From the NCBI GenBank assembly GCA_003971905.1, contig RSEE01000003.1, forward strand, positions 372,001 through 436,000: a stretch of 64,000 nucleotides of DNA. The letters are read 5' to 3'. The notes beneath the pieces are model-generated. The model made no database searches and was not told the origin of the DNA. It saw only the letters and a list, made by a program, of their open reading frames with translations. This document shows positions 53,171 through 63,175 of the stretch, one piece after another. A program made the translations under genes and the position numbers. The DNA comes from Moniliella sp. 'wahieum'. Taxonomy: Eukaryota. Each line of letters opens with the position of its first letter. Within the stretch, counting starts at the first letter, position 1.

Positions 53171-53669
53171 GCTCCATTCTAGTCACCGAATACCTGGCCA
53201 GGGACGCCGGACGCCTCCTCGCAACGCCGTCCCATCCACATCACTTCCGCGGCCCCCGCGTCTCTAACCCATGCTGCACTTCAACTTTCAAAACACCAGC
53301 GCGGGAAGGAGGACAATGCATAGGGTTATGGCTACGGCGCAATAATATACAGTGGGCCTGTACCCCGCTGGAATAATATTCGTATACTGCCCCCGTGCGC
53401 CTGCTCATGAGGGCGTTGCCGCTACCGAGAAGCTCGTCGCTGCCGCTCCCGACTGTCCTGACCCCACCCATCGCCAAAGTAAGTCTGATGACAGGATATT
53501 GCGCGCCTGAGTGGCGGTCCCAGTAGCCCGTGCTGGCGCGTGCGATCCACATCCACTGCCCCACCTAGCCGTGTTGCTGCGAAACCGCGTGGGCGCCAGC
53601 ACTACGCCCGCTCTGGCCTACCTGATGTGGAGAGAGGACTAACTTTAATTGGCCCCTGTCTGTGTGCAG

Positions 53670-54173
53670 ATGTCTAACCCCCAAGCCGTCTCCTGCTTCG
53701 GCAAGAAGAAGACCGCCACGGCGGTGGCGTACGCCAAGGCCGGAAAGGGGCTCCTTCGTGTCAACGGCCAGCCGATCCACCTCATGAAGCCCGAGGTGCT
53801 CCGCTGGAAGCTCTACGAGCCCGTGCTCATCGTTGGTGAGGACAAGTTTGCGTACGTGACCCCTCCCCTCAACAGCAGGACGACTTTCTTTTACTATAAC
53901 AAGTTGCTAACCTTGCTCCTTCAGTACGGTTGACATCCGTGTCCGCGTCTCGGGTGGTGGCCACACCTCGCAAGTGTACGCTATCCGCCAAGCGATTGCC
54001 AAGGCGCTCGTGGCCTACTACGCCAAGTTCTACGACGCTTCCTCGGCCCTTGAGCTGCGCCAGCTCTTCGTCAGCTACGACCGCACCCTCCTCATTGCCG
54101 ACCCCGCCGCATGGAGCCCAAGAAGTTCGGCGGCAAGGGTGCCCGCGCTCGCCGCCAGAAGTCGTACCGTTAA
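53670..54173 (+). CDS. RPS16: 40S ribosomal protein S16 (uS9); leader intron 53479-53669
   Basis: [71 protein letters not shown]. Confidence 0.97.
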
Positions 54174-55123
54174 GCAGTTATGTCCAAAGAGGGAGCAGGG
54201 ATTTGCCTCGCATTATGCAATCTCATCCGAATCACTGCTTCCCGAGGCTTTTGCTGCTCGTACCGTTGTGCATTGGTTTTTGGTGGACCTCTTGAAGTTC
54301 GCATCGTATGATCTTCTCTCATCATGTGTCCTTGTCCAGGGCACACCTCTGGCACTCTTACCAATCTCATCAAAAATTGATCTTCGCGGCCAGTATGTCC
54401 CCAACCATGTTTGTTTTGTCGGTATGCTGTTGCTAGACCTATTCGTACCTGTAGAACTCTCGAAGCACCGATTAGTGTCTGATCTTGCCCTGCTTGTCAG
54501 GGCTCGCAACACAGAACCGACCATAGCTGACTGACCCCAGCCTATGAAGGAGAAGCTAGAGATCCTTGCTGATGCGCTCAAAGTTTAGACCCGCCTACAT
54601 GTGCTTCAGCTCAAAAACACAGGATGCACATGCTGAGGTGATACCTGGCCTGCTGTATGATATAGGAATACCCAACGTCCAATCGTAGCATCGAGTGCCC
54701 ATATTCGCACCCACGTTCCCAACTGTGAACCCATGCCGTGTGCGAGTCGGCCAATGTTTTTAGAACCACTTAGCATCCTCTCTATATCGCGATCTAGCGA
54801 AGAGGACCGAGACATCTAACATCAATTGTGGAGGGGCTCAGGGCCTGATAGAAGAAGAGAACAGCAACATTGGTGCTGTATATTTGACGAAACGAAACGG
54901 TACGAGAGCATAGTGTTGGAAGCGGAAGAGAAAAAAGTCATGTGAACACTGTCCTTATTACATGTTGGAGCTTACACCCAGGGCCTGGGCCTGGGACCAC
55001 GCCGTATCAACCCGCTCTTGAAGCGCTAGAATCTGCTTGACGGCGTCTTGCGTTTCAAACGGTTGTCGGTGTCCTCAGCAGGAATAGTGTCAAGTGACAA
55101 GAGAAGCTTGGTTAAGAGTTCGT

Positions 55124-57130
55124 TCAACTTGGGTGAGACAAAACAATCTGGTGCAAGTTGAAGTAGCCATCCGTTTTCGCATTGGCTTCGACCAAGTTGA
55201 ACTCCGAGTCAGGGACACCTGGATGCTGAGAGGCAAAAAGGGCGATTGATCTAGCTTCGGGGATTGCAGCCACACTACGCTCCAGCTGCAGAACCTCGGG
55301 ACCTAGTTGTTCCGTGGCAGTATCTTGGGCCATGCTAATTCGCTTTGACACGCCTTCTTTGGTTTGGTCCGACTCGAGCGCTTTGCGAGCAGCGGCAGCC
55401 TTCTGTTGTGCTTCAAATAGAGCAGTGGGCCGGCTGTGGAACTTGGCACGCTGAGCAGGTGGAGGGGGCCGAATTACGGAACTGTGGATATTGTGGTTGT
55501 GCAATAACGGCGCATCATCATGATGGAGTGTGTGGGGAATCAGTCGGTTCAGGGGTTGCGCCGTGGTGTCGCTCTTCAGTCGGAACACTGTTGTGCCTGG
55601 CTCCTTGACCCGGGAAAGCATCATGATTATGCTGCGTCACACCCTGACGGCCTGTGGAGGGTGGGCTCCGACGTTGTCGTCCCCTGAACAGCAGGGGTCT
55701 TGATGTGATGAGTGGCACTTTGGGTACCAACCATTTTGCTCGTCGCTACCCCGGCACCCTTTTGCATCTTGTTTGTAAGCACTTGCCGGTGCTGAGCGGT
55801 CCATTTTATACACTTCATCAACACCTTCATAAGTAGACGGGAAGACAGTCATGGAAGCATGCGCGTTGGGCAAAGATACAGCAGCAGCTTGCTGGTCAGA
55901 TTGAACCTCCGCAGAGGCAATGACATGCTTGGAAGGACGTTGTTGCATTTCTGCCTTCGCATGACCCCAGTTTGTGAATGCCTTCTGATCGGCCTTGCTC
56001 GGGGTAGTCGGTTGCTGTTGCACTTGTACCTCATAGGAGGGCGAAAGTTGTGTTGCCTTGCCATTGGCAGAAAGGGGCGGGGGTGGCAGGGATGGCAGGG
56101 GTGGCAGGGGTGGCATGTCTGATGTTGGCAGGGCTGGCAGAAGTCGGGGATGATGGCTGCGCTTCATTCCTCCCAGGAGAAGTGGCAAAGGCATCCGACG
56201 GGACCGTTTGTTGTGACTCGTCCATAACCGGGGCTTGCTCCTGTTGTTCAATGTGGAGAGTGGGCGCCATGGGCTGGGAAGCGTCGGGATGGAGTGCTTC
56301 GCCACTGGATGTAAGTGCACCGCCAGTGATGGCTTGCTCCTGGACTACACTGGAGCTCGGGGTAGATCCGCAGACGGCCGTGGCTACAACAGTTCCTTGA
56401 TTACAGACGTGATAGCTGCCCAACGAAGCATCGTCGTCGACCATGGGTGTATTCCCGCTCCACAGATCAAGGATGGGAAGGTCGTGTAACATGGAGGAAA
56501 CAACATGTTTGATAGTCCCCACCGTTGTTGCTTCCCCATCTGGGGGTGTGACCAGTGGGAGATAGAGATGCCTGCAAGCGTTCAAAAGGGCTGTTAGTTA
56601 TATTGACTTGGTCTTGGTCATTCATGACATCCAAAGTATGGGACATACAGTACAACTTGAATACGGAAGGGGCCAGAGGGTTGTATGGCTGGGGGATTCG
56701 GTTGTTGTTCGCCGGGGGTGGCTGCCATGGTGTCATGCGTAGGCTGTTCCTGGGACGATGGGAAGGCTGCGCGGTGCCCTCCGTAGACTTCTGCTTCTGC
56801 TCTGTCGAGGCAATTACGGTGGTTGTCGTGGGCAGGCTGTTGTTCGCGGGGGTGGCTGCCATGGTGTCATGCGTAGGCTGTTGCTGGGTCGATGAGAAGG
56901 CTTCTGCGGTGCCCTGTGTTGTAGGCTGCGGCTCCGTCGAGGGGGCGGGTACGGTGTTGCTGTCGTGGGTAAGCTGTTGTTCGCACGGGGTGGCTGCCAT
57001 TATGGTGCCATGCATAGGCTGTTGCTGGGTCGATGAGATGGCTACCGCGGTGCCCTCCGTAGGCTTCTGCTCCGTCAGGGAAGCAGTTGCGTGGGTGCCC
57101 GTGCAGGAGAACCCCCTCCACCGTAAACAC
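55124..57130 (-). CDS. Hypothetical low-complexity T/Q/P/A-rich protein (orphan, possibly decayed)
   Basis: Chain of overlapping minus-strand ORFs of similar composition; no recognisable domain. Confidence 0.35.
56700..57075 (-). repeat. Three tandem copies of a roughly 135-bp unit
   Basis: GGTGGCTGCCAT...CATGC(G/A)TAGGCTGTT...GCGGTGCCCT recurs near 56717, 56851 and 56988; encodes HDTMAATP-like repeats. Confidence 0.85.
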
Positions 57131-57765
57131 TGCTAATTCCGTTGTCGGGAACCACCACGCCCATCATTGTTGTCTTTGACAAAGCTCCCATCTGCGCAAG
57201 ATCACCAGGAGATAGAGAGGTGTGTAAGCCAAAAGGGGGCTAAGCGGGTCGGGTGACTAGCGGGTGGGATGACGAGCGGGGGGTGGGAGTGGTGAGTGTG
57301 ACCGGTCGATTTGGTCCAGCTGAACAAAGGCTTAAATACGCCTGCTTGTGCGATATATGACGGTAACGCCATAGCCTGCATCAGCCCATATATCGCTCAG
57401 GAGCGATGTTCATCTGCTAATACAAAACGCTGGGCAGAACCAACAACTCCCCTGAGACAGCTCAGAACGGCGTGAGCGCGGCGTGATATGAGGGGCGAGG
57501 GACATGAGATCTGAGAGGGGGACAAAGCCAGGATAACATGAGTCGATATGACCTTTGAGAAGATTGAAGATTATGCTCTTCTGGTTCAGAAGGTGCTGGA
57601 AAAAGGCTGCGTTCGTTGTACGCAGCGGGCAAAAGGCCATTCATATTCATATCCATCCAATAAAGTCCCACACTGCGCCTGCGTGACGCAGCCGACGGCG
57701 CAAGCCAAATGTGCCACAGGACGCATGTTCTCCGACCATATCTCCATCTTACTATATCTCCCTTC

Positions 57766-58541
57766 TTGAATTCATATCATTGACAGAGCTTAAGGCTGGG
57801 ACAGGGGGAACGCTACGTCTAAACCGAACCGTTCATCTTGCGGGGTTACTTGGAAGCGCCACCAAGATTAAGGGACCAGGGGGATCGCCAGGATATCAGG
57901 ACCCTCCGGCTCACGCCATCCGGTCCCGTACCCTAGGAAGCGCGTGTGGACACGGAGGAACGTGGTTGACATACGAGCGAGGAACCATTTCCACTGAGAC
58001 TTAGTAGCCAACTCCTTCCAATGCGCAAACAACTTGCCCGCCGTCTTGGTGCCGTAGTATCCTCGCGTCGTCAAAACCAGGGGGAAAAACGGTTCTTGAG
58101 TGCGTCCCTGGTACTTGGCGTTCTTGTCGCATTCTGCTTGTTCAAGCAGCCGAAGCAGTTCCTTCTCCCGGCGTTCCAAAGGCGACGCAGTGCTTCATGC
58201 ACCACCCGCCGGTACGCGCTCTGCGCCTCCTGCGATCCCGTGTCGCGCAGCGTGTGGTCTACCTCCATTCCGGTTCTCCAGTGCTCCGGGCCCCATCACG
58301 CGGTAATAAATTTGGAACGGTTTTTCTTCCCCCGCTGCGTAAAATTGTACATCAGCATGCCACCTGGCACGTTCCAGGCAGCCGCAGCCAGGCCGATGCA
58401 TATGGGTGATAAAATTCGCCCCTCCAGCGTGGAACGGTGGTTACGGTGGACCGGTGGAACGGTGGCTAAGGTGGCGACGCAGCACCAAGCACACCAAGCT
58501 GGGGCGAAGCCCCAGCTGAGGGCCGTAGGCCCGGTGGTCTT
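57766..58541 (-). mobile_element. Copy D: internally deleted, RT-less element encoding an RLE-type endonuclease domain (CRE/Cnl1-like non-LTR derivative)
   Basis: HADVQF...QIYYRV, then AECDKNAKY...FFPLVLTTRG...ARMS, fitting the RLE pattern D...D...KxxKY...FxPLV...G; 5' end shared with copy E. Confidence 0.75.
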
Positions 58542-58995
58542 CTAGTCTTCATAATAATCGCGGTTTTTAATACCGGTCGGTGTCACAGTCCTCTTAGCTT
58601 ACCAACATTTTGCAATCAACACAGCCCCAATATATATCAACCACAGCAGCCTCGCACGTCTCTCAGATCTCACAGGATATATATGTTGAGCCATCATTGC
58701 AGGTGGCTCGTGCTTTGGTCCATGTCCCTTCAGTTCCTCAGGCCTGGGAGTTCCGTTGTTTTCTCCTGTGTGTTTTTCCTTGTTCCGCAGCTTAGCCCCT
58801 GGTGGCGACTCGCTGCTTGATGTTCCTCTGTAGGGGTTGCTGGTTGGCTTAGACCACTGCACAACCACCACCAGTGCGATTGCATCACCCTCGAGGACCA
58901 TCTGGACTCCAGGTTTCATCAAAATAACCTTGTCACATATGTCACACCAATAACCTCTTTTCACACAGGGCGCGTCGTTTCCTCTCACCACGAGG

Positions 58996-59643
58996 AGACC
59001 ACCGGGCCTCCGGCCTGGTCAGCTATGGCTTCCCCAGCTTGGTGCTGCGTCGCCACCTTAGACACCTTCCACCGTAGCTACCGTAGCCACCGTCCCCCCG
59101 GTCCACCGTTCCACTTGGAACCCTTCCACCTTGGAACCCAAAATAATATCTCGCCGAGACGTGCTGGCTGCGAGCAGTGGGGGTGCATTGAGAGCACCGC
59201 GACGCCTCTGGAGCGCCGGAAGAAGAGAGCTGCTTCGGCTGCTGGAACAAGCAGCATGCGACAAGAACTCCATGTACCAGAGACGCACTCAATAGCCGTT
59301 CCCTCCCTGGTTTTGGACGACGCGAGGATACTACACGGCACCAAGAGACAGCAGGCAAAAAATGCTTGCGCATTGGAAGGATTTGACTACTGACTCTCAA
59401 TGGAAATGGTTTCTCGCTCGGATGTCTACCACGTTCATGCGTGTCCATACGGGCTACCTTGTGTATGGGAACGGATGGATGGTGGGTACCAGAGCGTCCT
59501 TGATCTCCTGGCGATTCCCAACATGGTTCCTTGAACGGGGTTGGCGCTACCAAGCAGCACACGCAAAATGATGAGCGGGGGGGTCGGTTTAGGCGTAGCG
59601 TTTCTCTGTCCCAGCCTTAAGTTCTGTCAATGATATGGATGCA
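58996..59643 (+). mobile_element. Copy E: inverted, more diverged copy of the same element
   Basis: Same 5' end (AGACCACCGGGCC), same RLE peptide (AHWKDLTTDSQWKWFLARMSTT) and same 3' end (TCTGTCAATGATATGGATGCA). Confidence 0.8.
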
Positions 59644-59674
59644 GTATACTGTGAATTGCATGATTGTGTGTATA

Positions 59675-60228
59675 TGTGAGCTACAGAGACTTCGCTGGTA
59701 CGAGCGGTTATCTCCGGACGCTGAGTGCATGAGCCCCGCGTGTCGTAGACATCTCAGCCCAACACGCGTCAGTCCGGTTAGACTAGCGAGAGAGAGCCAG
59801 TCGACACCTTATCCTTGCTGCGGATATCATCGATCATCGATCATCCGCGGCCCCATGGTCGCATGGGCTTATCGGTACGATGCTTTGTGCCCATTGCGTC
59901 CAGTCTTGTCACAACCCTTCCTGCTGCGCCCGACTACGCACAGCGTCAGCGCCTTGGAGAGCAAGGCTCTGCATTAGTCTTTGCCTCTCTGGGAAGTGCC
60001 CGCATTCTGTCTATATCCTGTCATGAGGACTTGAGGCCCGATTCCTTCTGCCGTATATAAGCAGCCATGTCTAAGGCTTGCTAGCTGTGGTTAAGCCTTG
60101 TCGACCATTTTTCTCTACCTTGGTCTTCCCGACTACCAGTTCCTCTCTCGCCCTCCCCCTTCTACCACTCTTAAGCTTACGAATTTACGACTTACGTCGA
60201 GTGCACTGCAAGCCGCGGTTACTCTCAT
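59675..60228 (+). mobile_element. Possible LTR
   Basis: TGTGAG...CTCTCA termini, internal TATATAAG at about 60054 followed by a pyrimidine tract, PBS-like AGTAGCG downstream; no partner LTR in the window. Confidence 0.25.
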
Positions 60229-60837
60229 CAGTAGCGATTGCTCTTCTTTAGGACTCTGTTGTTCCCGCCAGTTACAGCGTACCAAGTGTGGTAACGCTGC
60301 GAGGAACAGAGTAACTTCGGAGCTCCTGGACCCTTCAGCTGATCTAACGACCTACGTACGCTCCTCCTACCTCGGAGGGTCTGGACTGCGGCCTTTGCAC
60401 GTGGCTCAGCCCCCAAACTAGAGGGTCTCTCCCTCGCCTCTACACCCGCTCGGTTCAACCAGGATCTGGAGCAGTACCTAACGTACGAGCACACGATTGA
60501 TCTGTTCAAGGGTTTATACCCTTAAACTACAGGGGGGGTCCCACCTCGGGACCCCCCATGACATTCGCAGAGAATATGTGTTGCTCTCTCCGTCGAGACC
60601 GCGTGTGTGCATATTTTGAACTCGGGAAGGAATGCAACAGAGGGAACCGGGCTTGGGCTACCGGAGCGCCTTCCCCGTGTCGTCGACGAAGGGTAGTTAA
60701 TCAGGTGACAGTATCCTTGCCTTATATCCATTCCTAAGTATTAGAAGGCCATATACTAATCGGGCTTGGCTTGGTTGGGTACTGTATATAAGTAGCATAG
60801 CTAATCGAAAATGCTGGTAACAAGGTTCCGGATAGAT

Positions 60838-61275
60838 ATTGAGGCTTGTGAGGTGTGACATGTGAGGTCGGCCTGAGGCCTGATGAGCCTGGTGCGCAGT
60901 AGATGCCAAATATCAAAGCGTTGATATGTCGACACGTTAGGGCGCGCTTAAGCACTTCCTGAGAGGAATCAGAAGAATCAAAGAAGCAGGTGCGGTGACC
61001 GGTGACCCGTGACCGGGGAGAGACGATGATCGATGGTCAGTGACTGCGTGACCGGTGACGTGTGACATGGACATGTGACATGTCACATGTCACGCGGCGA
61101 CAACGCGCGGCAGCAGGCAAGATTGCTCAGACTGAACCTCTTGAGCTCTGCGATCGTCGAGAATCACGTCACTTTCTCACTTCGGCAATGAATATTGAAT
61201 CGGCTGTCCCATGCCTGCATAATCGAAAGTCTGTCATTCATGTCATGATCGATACGACTATCGATCATCGTCAAA
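60838..61275. repeat. TGA/TCA plus palindrome tracts (CATG, GGCC, CCGG, TCGA) including a perfect 22-bp palindrome
   Basis: GGTGACCGGTGACCCGTGACCGG at about 60994; GACATGTGACATGTCACATGTC at 61070-61091. Confidence 0.85.
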
Positions 61276-61380
61276 CGTTCAATGTGTGCCACAGGTTGCC
61301 ACCTGTTCGATAGTCTGTAGTCAACCTATCGAGCCGACGGGCTAACATACCTCACTGAGAAGATCCAGCCCTTTATACCA

Positions 61381-61410
61381 CCTTAAGCTCTGTCAATGAG
61401 ATGGATGCAG
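61381..61410 (+). mobile_element. Minimal 3' remnant (copy F) of the RLE element family
   Basis: CCTTAAGCTCTGTCAATGAGATGGATGCAG matches the family 3' terminus. Confidence 0.7.
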
Positions 61411-61769
61411 TTATAGAGGTGCTACGGTTGGGATATAGTGATGAGTGGCTTTTCTTTCAACCAATGGCGCAACACGGAGGGCATCCGCCCATCCAACTCA
61501 CAGAGGAGTCATCCCTCTGAATATGCTACACACTACCACCACCTCTCCCGCCCCCATCCCCTTCCCAAAGTCTCACAGGCAGCTCGACGCTACCTCTTTC
61601 CCCTCACAAAAGGTCTCCCAAAAGCAGGCTCTTTCGGTATCTTTTCTCAACTTTTCTTTTTCTCACTCACTCTCGCTCTTCTTCATCTCTGGCCCTACCC
61701 GTCAACCTGTGCTCCCTCCATTCTCTCTTCCACTTGATCTCCTCCTACTGCTATGCACTTCCTGAGCCC

Positions 61770-63175
61770 CATGGGCTATCATTGTCGCGGGATCGACATG
61801 GTGCTTCCAATCCCGATTTGAACTCGGAAACGATGCCAGCTGGCATCATATCGAAGCGTAGTTGGATCATTCACATCGTGGAATGATCCGGATGCCTCGC
61901 CAACGTAGAGTCTCGGACTCGAATGGATCAGGATCAAATTCGTCTCGCCCATCCTCGGAATCTTCCAAATCAGGTTCTTCCAGCTCCCGACTCGGAGGGG
62001 GCCTCAGGAACTGACACGAGCTCTCACGACTGCTCCTGCTGGGGCCTCAGTATCGAGCTCCTCATCGCTCGCTGGCATTAGCTCGTCTTCAAGAGTATCT
62101 GGTTCTTCAAGCGAATATGGTTCTTCAAGCGGATCTAGTTCTTCCAGCGGATCTAGTTTTCCAGCGGATCTAGTTCTTCCAGCGGATCTAGTTCTTCCAG
62201 CGGATCTAGTTCTTCCAGCGGATCTAGTTCTTCCGGCTGGTCTGGTTCGTCCTCTGGTTCGTCTGGTTCGTCCTTGGTTCGTCTCTGGTTCTTCCTCTGG
62301 TTCTTCCTCTGGTTCTTCCTCTGGCCTCAACGTGGATAAGAATGGTCTGGCTTGGCCCAATGGACCGTGGGTTAAACATTCAGTCTTACAAAAGTCGATG
62401 GGCTGGCTCTACTCGTGGGATGCCATCCGGCAACGGGGGATCCGAGGCGGCCACCTTCGTTCCTCTTCGATCAAGTTCTTCCCCATGTTGTGGGGGGGAC
62501 TCTGGCTCGCGCATATCCGACTGGGAAAAATACGTGCTCAATAACCGTACCTCCCCTCAAAACAGTGCCAAAGTTGCCATGGGACCCAACGAGGTCAACC
62601 AACACGGCCAGTCGAAAATGAGCGTGAGCGACACTTGCACACTTTTCCGTGACTACATTGTGCCCCTCAAGGATGAGGATGGCTGGTCTATCATCGGAGC
62701 ATCGACTAACGGAGCCCCTAGTGGCATCACTGGATGAACAAGTTCAAATCAGAATGCAGCGATGTGTGGAACAAAGTATGCTCCCAATCACATTTCTCTA
62801 GTTGTGTCACCAAAACGTTGATCTGACTTTTCTTCGGTCTCACTTTACAAGGTCGACGCTGGACAGCCTGCACTACTATGGAACCGACCCCAAAAAGGCG
62901 ATTTCTTACTTTGAGAAGTGGTACGATACATTCAAGAAGCCCATCTTCATCACGGAGACGGCCTGTATGAATTACGATGGGTCGGCCCTCGCTTCGCTTG
63001 GTCAAGCGTACAGTATGTTAAAGAAGTCAACAGCTGGGCACACTCGACCACATACGTGAAAGGAATCGCATTTTACGGTATTATGAAAAACATCAATAAA
63101 CTGTGGACCGTCTTTCGACCGCAAGTGGCACTCCCACAGACCTGTTCAACTTTGGGTAAACAAACTCTTCCTAAT
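61770..63175 (+). CDS. GH128 beta-1,3-glucanase-like protein with Ser/Gly-rich N-terminal linker
   Basis: GLAWPNG, WLYSW, FFPMLWG, GPNEVN, LHYYG, KPIFITETACMNY, VKGIAFYG. Start uncertain. Confidence 0.82.
62098..62325 (+). repeat. 18-bp (GCGGATCTAGTTCTTCCA)n and 12-bp (TCTGGTTCTTCC)n coding tandem repeats
   Basis: About six 18-mers at 62128-62237, then 12-mers; unit lengths are multiples of 3 and encode Ser/Gly runs. Confidence 0.85.

Noticed and set aside
53485..53625. C/D snoRNA or hammerhead ribozyme in the RPS16 leader intron (CTGATGA, CTGA, GAAAC)
   Set aside because: The C-like box abuts the splice donor, the apparent 18S complement is only about 8 nt and overlaps the putative D' box, and hammerhead stem II cannot be formed.
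56700..57075. CRISPR-like repeat-spacer array
   Set aside because: The units are homologous along their whole length, lie in a coding-like frame and are in a eukaryotic genome with no cas genes.
57766..57860. Conserved element 3' end read as a TnpB/Fanzor omega-RNA with a TCAA right end
   Set aside because: The associated peptide is RLE-like with no RuvC or zinc-finger motifs, conservation continues past TCAA, and nested 5' truncations fit retrotransposition.
58510..58540. Hammerhead or HDV-like ribozyme at the element 5' end
   Set aside because: There is no CUGANGA...GAAA core and I could not build an HDV double pseudoknot by eye; not formally excluded.
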